Program-made: the position numbers and the translations under genes
Notes under the pieces: model-generated
The model's input: only the letters and a program-made list of their open reading frames with translations
What the model was told of the DNA's origin: nothing
Database searches by the model: none
Shown: positions 9,538-18,017 of the stretch, piece by piece
Layout of the letters: each line of letters opens with the position of its first letter
How positions within the stretch are numbered: the stretch's first letter is position 1
From: an uncultured Sandaracinus sp.
GTDB lineage: Bacteria; Myxococcota_A; Polyangia; Polyangiales; Houyiibacteriaceae
Reading direction: 5' to 3'
Assembly (NCBI GenBank): GCA_964462035.1
Contig: CAYXAP010000029.1
Coordinates: 14,472-78,471 of the forward strand
Length of the DNA: 64,000 bases

Positions 9538-10095
9538 TCATTCATCGGTGGGGAGCTCGGCGAGGTGGTCGTCGCACGCGCGGCGCCAGCCATCCATCGC
9601 TGCCCCGGCGTCGAGGGCGAGCTGGTGACAGACCTCGAAGGCGCGCCGCGCCTTGTCGGCGAGCGACGCGGCGGGTCCCTCGAGGGCCTGACCAGCCTCG
9701 GGGCTGATTCGTTCCGCGTGAGCCCCCCTCAACGAGCGCATCGTCCGCTCGAGGATGGCGCCGTGAAGGGCGACGGCGAGCGCCTGCTCGCTCGAGCTGC
9801 CGCGACGGGCGTGACGGCGTAGCTCCGCGGCCTGCGCGAGAGCTCGCTGCCGCTGGTCCATCCAAGGCACGAAGACCTGCTCCGCCCACGCAGGGCCGTC
9901 GGCTTCCGGCAGCTCGGGGAGGGCCTCGGCGATCGCGAGCAGCCGAACGACGGAGGTGCTCTGCACCTGCGGCAGGGCGGGCCAGCCCTCGAGGCGCAGC
10001 ACCTCGGAGGGCTCTTCGGGCTCTGGCCGAGACTCCGGCCCACAGGCGAGCAAGAAGAGGAGCGGAAGCACGCGACGCACGGCCCCATCGTGCAA
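9538..10095 (-). CDS. Hypothetical lipoprotein
   Basis: MHDGAVRRVLPLLFLLACGPE (lipobox). The remainder is helical and Ala/Glu-rich, and I recognise no family. Confidence 0.6.
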   Translation of the reverse strand: MHDGAVRRVLPLLFLLACGPESRPEPEEPSEVLRLEGWPALPQVQSTSVVRLLAIAEALPELPEADGPAWAEQVFVPWMDQRQRALAQAAELRRHARRGSSSEQALAVALHGAILERTMRSLRGAHAERISPEAGQALEGPAASLADKARRAFEVCHQLALDAGAAMDGWRRACDDHLAELPTDE

Positions 10096-10133
10096 CGCGG
10101 ACGCCGAAGTCGAAAGGCTCGCTCGCGCGAGCG

Positions 10134-10565
10134 TCAGCGGAGCTCGGGCGGCGCGTCCTGCGGACGGCCGATGTAGAGCATGATCCCCGTCGCCGGTCCC
10201 TGACCGTCACTCGTGAGGAAGAGGCCGAACTTCCCGACCTGCCCCTGATAGAGCGACCGGCCGTCGAACGAGAAGAACTGCCGGCCATCGCGGAACGAGA
10301 CCACCCAGAAGTCACGGGTCGCCGTGAGCCGGATCGGCGCGTCCGCTTCCGCGTCCACGATGCCCTTCACCAGGAAGACCATCGGGACCGCGTCCCCCTG
10401 TTTGAACTCGAACCAGACCACCTCTTCGTTCTCGGCGGAGGCGAGCTGCGCTGGCGAGGCCTGCGCGAAACGGATCCGAGGGCCTTGCGGCGCCCCGCAG
10501 GCAGACAGGCTCGCGATGGTGATCGCGAGCATCGAGAGGGAAGCGTGGCGGAGAAGGCCCTTCAT
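10134..10565 (-). CDS. Hypothetical lipoprotein
   Basis: MKGLLRHASLSMLAITIASLSACGAP (lipobox), with a beta-rich mature part. I recognise no family. Confidence 0.6.
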   Translation of the reverse strand: MKGLLRHASLSMLAITIASLSACGAPQGPRIRFAQASPAQLASAENEEVVWFEFKQGDAVPMVFLVKGIVDAEADAPIRLTATRDFWVVSFRDGRQFFSFDGRSLYQGQVGKFGLFLTSDGQGPATGIMLYIGRPQDAPPELR

Positions 10566-10724
10566 TCGCGGACGCTACGGCGATACACCGGGGGATTCAA
10601 ATGGATTTCCATTCGACCCTTCACTCGTGAATCCTCCGGCGGGGCCCCGGGGCGTCGCGCGCCTCACCGAGCCCCTCGATAGAGCGACTCGAAGACGAGC
10701 TCCGTCCTGCTAGGCTCGAGCGCG

Positions 10725-11087
10725 ATGGGCGACGAAGACGCTGGCTTCAACAACCCCTTCGCGGCGCTGCAGGGGCTGGGCAAGGACCTGCCGAAGCAGG
10801 AGAAGAAGGCCGAGGCCGCCCCCTCGAAGGCCCCCGCCGGACCCGCGCCGCTCAGCGGGAAGATCGTTCTCCGTCGAGAGAAGAAGGGCCGCGGCGGCAA
10901 GACCGTGACCCGCGTCAGCGGTCTCCCGCCCTCGCGGCTCGACGAGCTCTGCAAGAAGATGAAGAAGGGGCTCGGCTGCGGCGCCAAGGTCGAAGGCGAC
11001 GACGTGGTGCTCCTCGGTCAGCTGACCGAACGCGGCGCGGAGTGGCTGAGGGACGCGGGCGCCACCCAGGTGGTCATCGGCAACTGA
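10725..11087 (+). CDS. SUI1/YciH-family translation initiation factor-like protein
   Basis: 120 aa. RREKKGRGGKTVTRVSGLP...LCKKMKKGLGCGAKVEGDDVVLLGQ is the characteristic SUI1 core. Confidence 0.85.
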   Translation: MGDEDAGFNNPFAALQGLGKDLPKQEKKAEAAPSKAPAGPAPLSGKIVLRREKKGRGGKTVTRVSGLPPSRLDELCKKMKKGLGCGAKVEGDDVVLLGQLTERGAEWLRDAGATQVVIGN

Positions 11088-11115
11088 GGTCGGGCGAGCG
11101 CTTCGATTCTGAGGC

Positions 11116-12102
11116 ATGGAGAAGACCATGAAGACACGCATCACCGAGCTCTTCGGCATCGAGCACCCCATCGTGCAGGGCGGCATGCACTACGTCGGCT
11201 TCGCCGAGCTCGCGGCGGCGGTCAGCGACGCGGGCGGACTGGGCATCATCACGGGGCTCACTCAGAAGACGCCGGACGATCTCGCGGCCGAGATCGCGAA
11301 GTGCAAGACGCTCACCGACAAGCCCTTCGGCGTGAACCTGACGTTCTTGCCGACGCTCACGCAGCCCGACTATCCGGGCTACGTCCGAGCCATCCTCGAG
11401 GGCGGCGTGACGGTGGTCGAGACCGCCGGCAACAACCCGGCCCAGGTGCTCCCGCCGCTGAAGGAGGCCGGCATCAAGGTCATTCACAAGTGCACGAGCA
11501 TCCGGCACGCGCTCAAGGCGCAGTCGATCGGCTGCGACGCAGTGAGCGTCGATGGCTTCGAGTGCGGCGGTCACCCCGGAGAGGACGACATCCCGAACTT
11601 CATCCTGCTGCCACGCGCGGCGGAGGAGCTGGAGATCCCCTTCGTCGCCAGCGGCGGCATGGCCGATGGGCGAAGCCTGGTGGCGTCGCTCGCGCTCGGC
11701 GCCGACGGCATCAACATGGGCACACGCTTCATCGCCACGAAGGAGGCGCCGGTGCACGAGAACGTGAAGGAGGCGATCCTCCGCGCGACCGAGCTCGACA
11801 CGCGGCTGATCATGCGGCCGCTGCGCAACACCGAACGGGTGCTCTCCAACGCCGCCGTCGAGCGCCTGCTCGAGAAGGAGAAGGAGCTCGGCGACGCCCT
11901 GACCATCCAGGACATTCTCCCGGAGGTGGCCGGGGTCTACCCGAAGGTCATGATGGACGGCGAGATGGACGCCGGCGCCTGGTCTTGCGGGATGGTCGTC
12001 GGCCTGATCCGCGACGTGCCCACGGTGAAGGAGCTCATCGACCGCATCATGGCGGAGGCGAACGGCATCATCCGCGAGCGCTTCGCCACGATGCTCGCCT
12101 GA
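11116..12102 (+). CDS. Nitronate monooxygenase / 2-nitropropane dioxygenase-like FMN oxidoreductase
   Basis: ITELFGIEHPIVQGGMHYVGFAELAAAVSDAGGLGIITG and GADGINMGTRFIATKE are typical NMO-family motifs. Confidence 0.85.
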   Translation: MEKTMKTRITELFGIEHPIVQGGMHYVGFAELAAAVSDAGGLGIITGLTQKTPDDLAAEIAKCKTLTDKPFGVNLTFLPTLTQPDYPGYVRAILEGGVTVVETAGNNPAQVLPPLKEAGIKVIHKCTSIRHALKAQSIGCDAVSVDGFECGGHPGEDDIPNFILLPRAAEELEIPFVASGGMADGRSLVASLALGADGINMGTRFIATKEAPVHENVKEAILRATELDTRLIMRPLRNTERVLSNAAVERLLEKEKELGDALTIQDILPEVAGVYPKVMMDGEMDAGAWSCGMVVGLIRDVPTVKELIDRIMAEANGIIRERFATMLA

Positions 12103-12141
12103 GCCCTGGCGGCCCGCGAGGGGCGGAGAGCGGGCAGCGCG

Positions 12142-13422
12142 CTACCCGTTCTTCGTGCGCCGAGCATCAGGCGGCGAATCGAGCGCCGCGAGCTGCCGCT
12201 CCAGGTAGCGACGCTCCACCTCGTTGGAGCAGAGCTCGAGCGCTCGCTGGTAGGCGACTCGAGCCAACTCCACCCGCCCGGCGCGGCGAGCCAGCTCCGC
12301 GCGAACGGCGGACAGTCGGTGGTGGTCGGAGAGGAGACGGTCGAGCGGCGCGAGAGCGGCGAGCCCCGCTTCCGGGCCCTCCGCCTCCGCGACGGCCACC
12401 GCGCGATTCAGCCGCACGATCGGTGAGCCGGTGAGTGCCTCGAGCTCGGCGTAGCGGCGCACGATGATGGCCCAGTCGGTCGCGGCCGCGGCAGGCGCGC
12501 GCGCGTGCTCCGCCGCGATGAGCACTTGGAGACGGAGCTCTTCCGCGTAGCCCGCGCTCGGCTCGAGCGCGGCGGCCAAGCGGAGACCGAGGCCAATCTC
12601 TTCGTGGTGCCACGCGCCCCGGTCCTGCTCCGCGAGGGTCACGAGCTCGCCTTCGCGTACCCGTGCATCCCGCCGCGAGTGCTGGAGCAGGAGCAAGGCG
12701 AACAGCGCGGTGCACTGGGTCGCGTCCGGCGCGAGCTCGCGGAGGATCGCGGCGAGCCGGAGCGCTTCGCCGGACAGATCGGCGCGGAGCAGGTGGGGAC
12801 CGGTACCCGGGGTGTAGCCCGCCGTGAACGCGAGGTAGATGGTTCGGCACACCTCGTCGAGTCGCGATCGCAGCTCGTCGGCCACTGGCGCCGCGAGCGG
12901 GATGCCGGCGTGCACGATCTTCTTCTTCGCGCGGGTGATGCGGGCGGCCATCGCGCTCGGGGCGACCAAGAAGAGCTGAGCGATCTGGTCCGTGGGTGTC
13001 CCGAGCACCAGGCGCAGCGCGAGCGCCGAGCGCGAGACCGGGGAGAGCGCCGGGTGCGAGCAGAGCAGGATGAGGTGGAGCCGCTCGTCGGGGAGTTGCT
13101 CCAAGCGGTCGTCGGGCGCGACCCAGCCCTTCCGCACGGCCAGCAGCGGCGCCTTGCGGGCTGCGACGGCCTCGGAGCGGAGCCGGCCGACCACCTGTCG
13201 ATGCGCGGTCTGGTAGAGCCAGCCGACGGGGTTTGCGGGGACCCCATCGGCTGGCCAGCGAGCCGCCGCCCGAGCGAAGGCCTCGCTCAGCGCGTCCTCT
13301 GCCAGGTCGAGCCGGCGGGTCCGCGCGACCAGCAGCGAGAGCAGGCGGCCCCACTCGGCGCGATGGAGCTGGTCGAGGAGCTCGTCAGGAGGGGTCGAGG
13401 ACCGGTCGGATCTCGATGTCAT
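12142..13422 (-). CDS. ECF-type RNA polymerase sigma factor with a long C-terminal helical/TPR-like extension
   Basis: Sigma region 2-like DLAEDALSEAFARAAARWP...NPVGWLYQTAHRQVVGRLR, a region 4-like segment (ILLCSHPALSPVSRSALALRLVLGTPTDQIAQLF) and a C-terminal extension of about 200 aa. It overlaps the upstream YCII gene by 38 nt. Confidence 0.8.
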   Translation of the reverse strand: MTSRSDRSSTPPDELLDQLHRAEWGRLLSLLVARTRRLDLAEDALSEAFARAAARWPADGVPANPVGWLYQTAHRQVVGRLRSEAVAARKAPLLAVRKGWVAPDDRLEQLPDERLHLILLCSHPALSPVSRSALALRLVLGTPTDQIAQLFLVAPSAMAARITRAKKKIVHAGIPLAAPVADELRSRLDEVCRTIYLAFTAGYTPGTGPHLLRADLSGEALRLAAILRELAPDATQCTALFALLLLQHSRRDARVREGELVTLAEQDRGAWHHEEIGLGLRLAAALEPSAGYAEELRLQVLIAAEHARAPAAAATDWAIIVRRYAELEALTGSPIVRLNRAVAVAEAEGPEAGLAALAPLDRLLSDHHRLSAVRAELARRAGRVELARVAYQRALELCSNEVERRYLERQLAALDSPPDARRTKNG

Positions 13423-13738
13423 ACGCCGGGAGGCTGCGACAGAGCTCGATCACTTGGTCGAGGTCGGGCGCCTCGAGCAGATAGTAGCCGCCGATGTGCT
13501 CTGCAGCCTCGGCGAAGGGGCCGTCGGTGACCGTCATCTCGCCACCGCGGGTCCGCAGGGTCGTCGCCATCGAGCCTTCACCGAGCGCTTCGCCACCGAG
13601 GAGCTCCACCTCGGGCTCGGCCTCGCAGGCCTCGGCGAACGCACCGTGCTTCGCCATCTCTGCCGCCTGCTCCTCGGCGCTCAGCTGGTCCCAGGGCTTC
13701 GTCTCGCCGTAGCCGGCCAACAGCATGAAATACTTCAT
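13385..13738 (-). CDS. YCII-related (DGPF) domain protein
   Basis: ORF 13385..13786. The ATG at 13738 is preceded by GAGGAGG. MKYFMLLAGY...TVTDGPFAEAAEHIGGYYLLEAPDLDQVIEL matches the YCII/DGPF signature. Confidence 0.8.
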   Translation of the reverse strand: MKYFMLLAGYGETKPWDQLSAEEQAAEMAKHGAFAEACEAEPEVELLGGEALGEGSMATTLRTRGGEMTVTDGPFAEAAEHIGGYYLLEAPDLDQVIELCRSLPAYDIEIRPVLDPS

Positions 13739-13838
13739 GATCTTCCTCCTCGGTTCGGGGCCGGTGACTACCACCGACACGACCATGACGCGTCAGAGGC
13801 CCGGCGATCGACATCGCCGAGAAAAAAGCTCGAGGGGC

Positions 13839-15914
13839 TCAGAGCGAGCGGAGGAAGGTGAGGAGCGCGTCGCGCTCGCCTGCCGAGAGCGCCTCGTAGG
13901 CCTCACGCGCGGCGTCGGCTTCGCCGCCGTGCCATCGGATGGCTTCGTCGATCGTCCGCGCGCGGCCATCGTGGAGGTAAGCCGCGCCGCCAGCGACGCC
14001 GGCGCTCTTGCCGAGACCCCAGAGCGGCGTGGTGCGCCACTCCTGCGGGGCAGCGTCGCCGTCGATCAGCGTGTCCGCCAGCCCCGGCCCCATGTCGTGG
14101 AGCAAGAGGTCGGTGTACGGATGGATCACCTGCTGCCGCAGCTCCGCGAGCGGGGCGTAGGGGCTCGTCTCGAAGGTCTGCACGTGGCAGCTCGCGCAGC
14201 CGACGTCGAGGAAGAGGGCCTCGCCGGTGCCGTCGTGGGCGGCCTGCGGCCGAACACCGAGCAGCGCGATGTAGAGAGTGAGCTCGTCCAGGCTGGTGTC
14301 CGAGAGCGACTCCGTGCCGTCACCGCAGCCGTCGCCGACGCAGTCGTGGGTCGGGAAGACGCTGGTGGTGACGCCCATGTCCGTCTGGAGCGCGGCAGCC
14401 ACCTGCTGGCGCACGGTCGGCTGGCTGGCCTTGTAGCCGAAGCGCCCGAGGCGGAGCGGACCGCCGACTTCCCGCACGACGTGCATGCGACCCGAGATGC
14501 CATCGCCATCGGCGTCGTCCGGGTCCGCCAGGACGGCGATGAGCGACTCCGGGATCGCCTCGAGCAACCCCATGCCGACGAGCTGCGGAGAGATCCGACC
14601 GGACACGTGGGCGGGGGTGCCGCCCTCGTAGACGAAGGTCGGCGAACGGAGGCCGTCCGCTTCGACCCACTCGCCGAGCCGCACGTTGCCCTCCGGCGAG
14701 GCACCGCTCGGCTGGAGGACGACACCACGGAGCGGGTCCGGGCCTCCAGCGCCGTCGCCGACCTTGAAGACCCACTGCGGCAAGGGCTGGCCAACGTCGG
14801 CCGGGAGCGCGCGACCGTTCCGCGTGTGACAGCTCGAGCAGCTGTGGTTGATGAATGCGGGACCGGCGAGACCGATGACCTCGTCCAACGGCGGGTTCTG
14901 GGTCGGGTTCTCGTCGTGTCGACCGTCGACCACGCTCGAGTGCACCAGCCGGCGACCGCGCATGAAGGGCTGGGCGTTCTCGGGGGCCGTGTTCGTGGCC
15001 ATCTGCAGGAAGAGGTTGTCCGGCTCGTTCGACTCGTTCCGGTGGGTGGTGGTGTCACCGCCGAGACGGCGCTCCACCGGGACCGGCATCGAGTCGGCCG
15101 ACTCGCCGTTCAACGCACAGCAGCCCGGTTCGGCCAGGGGGCCGGTGGCCTCCCACGGGACCAACCCTTCGCCGACGATGTAGAGGAAGGTCGTGCCGTA
15201 GTAGTTCTCGCGCCCGTTGGGAGGCGACTCGAGGAACTGGCTGATCTCGATCTCGATGCGCTGACCGGGCGCGAGATCGTCGAACGCGCAGGTCAGCGGG
15301 TGCTGATAGCGCGTGATCGTCTTCCGATAGTGGAAGGTCTGGTTCGGATCGGCGGCCGCGTAGGCGCCGGGGTCCATCGGCGTGCCGTCGGGATGGACCG
15401 GCTCGAGCGGGCCGTTGTCGCAGTACTCGGCGACCGTGTTCCGGCCCATGAAGAAGAGGCGAGCCTCACGCGCGTCCAGCTTGTGGGGCGTGACGACGTC
15501 GAAGCGGATCTCGCTGCCCCCGTGGCCGACGGTGTCCGTGACCGTCACGCCGATGGTCCGGTCTTCCCAGTACCAGGTCAGGTAGTGCTCGTAGATCTCG
15601 AAGCCCGGCCCGACCTCGCGCGCGTGGCGGTCTCGGCCACGATCGGCGAAGCGGGTGATCAGCGCGCTCCCCGTGTCCTCGGAGAGCACGGGGTTCAGCG
15701 GGGTCGACGGTCCGAAGAGCGGCTCGAGGCCTGGCGGGGTGACGACACCGAGGTCCGGCGACTCGCCCCCGTCGGGCACGGGTCCGCCATCGACCGTGGG
15801 GTCGACGGCGCCGTCGGCGAGGCCGGGCCCGGAGTCGGCCGGGTCGCCATCGTCCGCAGGGTCGGAACAACCGACGAGAGAGAGGATGAGGAACGTGAAG
15901 AGTCCAGTGCGCAT
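13839..15914 (-). CDS. Lipoprotein with a C-terminal di-haem cytochrome c oxidoreductase domain (DUF1111 / 'thiol oxidoreductase'-like) and a large N-terminal extension
   Basis: MRTGLFTFLILSLVGCSDP (lipobox). Two CxxCH haem motifs (CSSCHTRNGR, CASCHVQTF) and the terminal IRWHGGEA motif typical of DUF1111. The first ~330 aa are unassigned. Confidence 0.7.
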   Translation of the reverse strand: MRTGLFTFLILSLVGCSDPADDGDPADSGPGLADGAVDPTVDGGPVPDGGESPDLGVVTPPGLEPLFGPSTPLNPVLSEDTGSALITRFADRGRDRHAREVGPGFEIYEHYLTWYWEDRTIGVTVTDTVGHGGSEIRFDVVTPHKLDAREARLFFMGRNTVAEYCDNGPLEPVHPDGTPMDPGAYAAADPNQTFHYRKTITRYQHPLTCAFDDLAPGQRIEIEISQFLESPPNGRENYYGTTFLYIVGEGLVPWEATGPLAEPGCCALNGESADSMPVPVERRLGGDTTTHRNESNEPDNLFLQMATNTAPENAQPFMRGRRLVHSSVVDGRHDENPTQNPPLDEVIGLAGPAFINHSCSSCHTRNGRALPADVGQPLPQWVFKVGDGAGGPDPLRGVVLQPSGASPEGNVRLGEWVEADGLRSPTFVYEGGTPAHVSGRISPQLVGMGLLEAIPESLIAVLADPDDADGDGISGRMHVVREVGGPLRLGRFGYKASQPTVRQQVAAALQTDMGVTTSVFPTHDCVGDGCGDGTESLSDTSLDELTLYIALLGVRPQAAHDGTGEALFLDVGCASCHVQTFETSPYAPLAELRQQVIHPYTDLLLHDMGPGLADTLIDGDAAPQEWRTTPLWGLGKSAGVAGGAAYLHDGRARTIDEAIRWHGGEADAAREAYEALSAGERDALLTFLRSL

Positions 15915-16095
15915 GTCGCCTCCGTGGCCACGCTCCCCCGAGGGCCACGTCCGTCAGCATATCGGATGACGCATGGCCCGTCGCCCCGCCAGACCGGGGC
16001 AATCCGCGCCACCGGTGCCCTCTTCGCGACTCCAGTCGGACGCGGTCCGATTCCGCCACGAGTCGGTCGGCAGACCCTCGTGCCAAGGTGCGCTC

Positions 16096-17307
16096 ATGCA
16101 ATTCGTACGGCTGCGGGTCGGTCTCCTGTGCTTGGTGGCATCGATGGGATGTGGAGACGATGGCGACGATGGCGACGATGGCCGCGATGGCGTCGACGAA
16201 TCGGACGCGTCCGTGCCGTTCGACGCCGCGGAGCCGGCCGACGCGATGGTCGACGCGCCGGACTCGGCGCCGCCCGAGGGCTGCGCCCGGACGTCCGTGA
16301 CCAGCTGGGCCCTCCAGGGGTATGACGACGTGTCGATCGCCTACGAGGCCCGCGTCGAGCCCTCGATCGGTGGCGAGCCGCTGGTGCTGCTCTTCGAGCG
16401 GCGGGGATCCGACGCCGAGGTGGGCACCTTCGGGCTCGGACCAGGCTCCGACAACGAGAACTTCGGGGACTGCTCCCAGTGCCTCTACGTATCCATCGAC
16501 CCGATGCGCGTGTTCTACGCCGACCGCGGGTCCATGGACATCCGGCGTGACCCCCACGACCACTACCTCGACCTCGACGTCACGAACCTGCGGCTGATCG
16601 AGTCGGAGGTCGATGGCGTCACTCGTGAGTCGACCCCCGTGGAAGGCGGCGCCTGCTTGGAGGTCGACGACTTCTCCATCACGACCCGTCTCCCTCCCTT
16701 CGAGTGGGTATGCGACGCCGATCTCTGGCTCGACGGAGCGGGCTGCCATTGCGAGTGCGGAACCTACGACCCGGACTGTGGCCGCGATTGCCCGCCCTTC
16801 GACCCGGGGTGCACGCCGATCGAGCCCCAGCCGTTGGCCAACTGCGAAGCCGGGGACGTCTGCGCCATCGACCCGACGACGCTCGCGGACCGCTGCACGG
16901 GCACCTGCAACTGGGCCACACGGGAGGGCTGCGACGATCCCGAGATCTGCCTGCTCGGAGACCCCACCGAGCCTGGCACGTGTCTTTTCGCCGACGACCC
17001 TCGACTGGATGGCGCGGGGCTCGGCGGGGAGTGCGACACCGACCCCACGTTCCAGAAGTTCTGCGCCATCGACGGCGGCTTCGTGGACGGCGTCTGCGAC
17101 CAACGGAACCGCTGTGTGCCGCTCTGCCTGACGGACGACGACTGCACCGACCCGAAGCAGGCCTGCAAGCGCTTCGCTGACGCCGACGGCCCGGGCTACT
17201 GCCAGGACAGCTGCGAGAGCGACGCGGACTGTTCCCTTCCGGGAGAGGCCTGCTTCATGGTCACCGGACTCGAGCCTCCATTCTTCTGCGAGCCAGCGGA
17301 CGGCTGA
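16096..17307 (+). CDS. Cysteine-rich secreted lipoprotein (hypothetical)
   Basis: ORF 15973..17307. The ATG at 16096 gives MQFVRLRVGLLCLVASMGCGDDGDDGDDG. The C-terminal half is very Cys-rich (CHCECGTYDPDCGRDCPPFDPGC...CLTDDDCTDPKQAC...CESDADCSLPGEAC). Confidence 0.65.
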   Translation: MQFVRLRVGLLCLVASMGCGDDGDDGDDGRDGVDESDASVPFDAAEPADAMVDAPDSAPPEGCARTSVTSWALQGYDDVSIAYEARVEPSIGGEPLVLLFERRGSDAEVGTFGLGPGSDNENFGDCSQCLYVSIDPMRVFYADRGSMDIRRDPHDHYLDLDVTNLRLIESEVDGVTRESTPVEGGACLEVDDFSITTRLPPFEWVCDADLWLDGAGCHCECGTYDPDCGRDCPPFDPGCTPIEPQPLANCEAGDVCAIDPTTLADRCTGTCNWATREGCDDPEICLLGDPTEPGTCLFADDPRLDGAGLGGECDTDPTFQKFCAIDGGFVDGVCDQRNRCVPLCLTDDDCTDPKQACKRFADADGPGYCQDSCESDADCSLPGEACFMVTGLEPPFFCEPADG

Positions 17308-17334
17308 GCGCGCTCGAGAGGCCAGGCCCCGAGC

Positions 17335-17976
17335 TCAGGTGAAGAGGCGGACGGCCACCTGGGCGAGGTGATCCTCGATGATCTCCTGGTCGACCGGACG
17401 ACCGAAGACCTTGGCCATCTCCTCCGGCGACGAGAGGGCGAAGTGCGTGATCAGGTAGGTCATCGACTGAATGCCGAAGCGCATCTCGTCCTCCGAGCGG
17501 CCGGTCATGCGAGCGAGCGCGGCCGCGCCCAATCCGACCAGCGGTCCGAGCACTCGCTCCTGCCGTTCGACCGGTAGCGCCCCTCGAAGCAGCCGCGTCC
17601 GAACACGAATCGCGAGCACGGTTCGCTGCTCGCGATGGAAACGGTAGATGGTCTTGGCCGCCTCGGTGATGAGCTCGGCGGGCTCCTTGGAGCCCGCTCG
17701 GGCGATGAGATCGGTCGCGATGGTGCCGAGAAGCTCGTAGTACCGGTCGAGGCAGGCCTCGAGCAGGGCCGCTTTGGTCGGGAAGTAGTAGGCGAGCGTC
17801 CCCAAGCTCACGTCGGCCCGCTCGGCGACCGCCCGAAGGGTCAGCGTGCTCTCGTCGGTCTGCTCGTCGAGGATCGCGCGCGCGGCCTCGATGATCCGAG
17901 TCCAGGTCTCTGCCGAGTCCGCATCTTTCGGACGACTCACGGGGGCCACCCTTCCATCGTTCGGTGACCAGCGCAC
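17335..17976 (-). CDS. TetR/AcrR family transcriptional regulator
   Basis: TWTRIIEAARAILDEQTDESTLTLRAVAERADVSLGTLAYYFPTKAALLEA is a TetR-type HTH. Confidence 0.85.
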   Translation of the reverse strand: MRWSPNDGRVAPVSRPKDADSAETWTRIIEAARAILDEQTDESTLTLRAVAERADVSLGTLAYYFPTKAALLEACLDRYYELLGTIATDLIARAGSKEPAELITEAAKTIYRFHREQRTVLAIRVRTRLLRGALPVERQERVLGPLVGLGAAALARMTGRSEDEMRFGIQSMTYLITHFALSSPEEMAKVFGRPVDQEIIEDHLAQVAVRLFT

Positions 17977-18017
17977 GCGTCAGCTGCGATGCGCGGGGTC
18001 GCGGCCGCGAATCGGTA

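Noticed and set aside
10599-10612. Inverted repeat AATGGA-TT-TCCATT upstream of lipoprotein gene 10134..10565
   Set aside because: It has only 6-bp arms and no cognate regulator nearby. It is noted but cannot be assigned.
13725-16325. 866-aa plus-strand ORF
   Set aside because: It is antisense to the DUF1111 di-haem lipoprotein gene. The minus-strand product has a lipobox and CxxCH motifs, and the plus-strand product has none.
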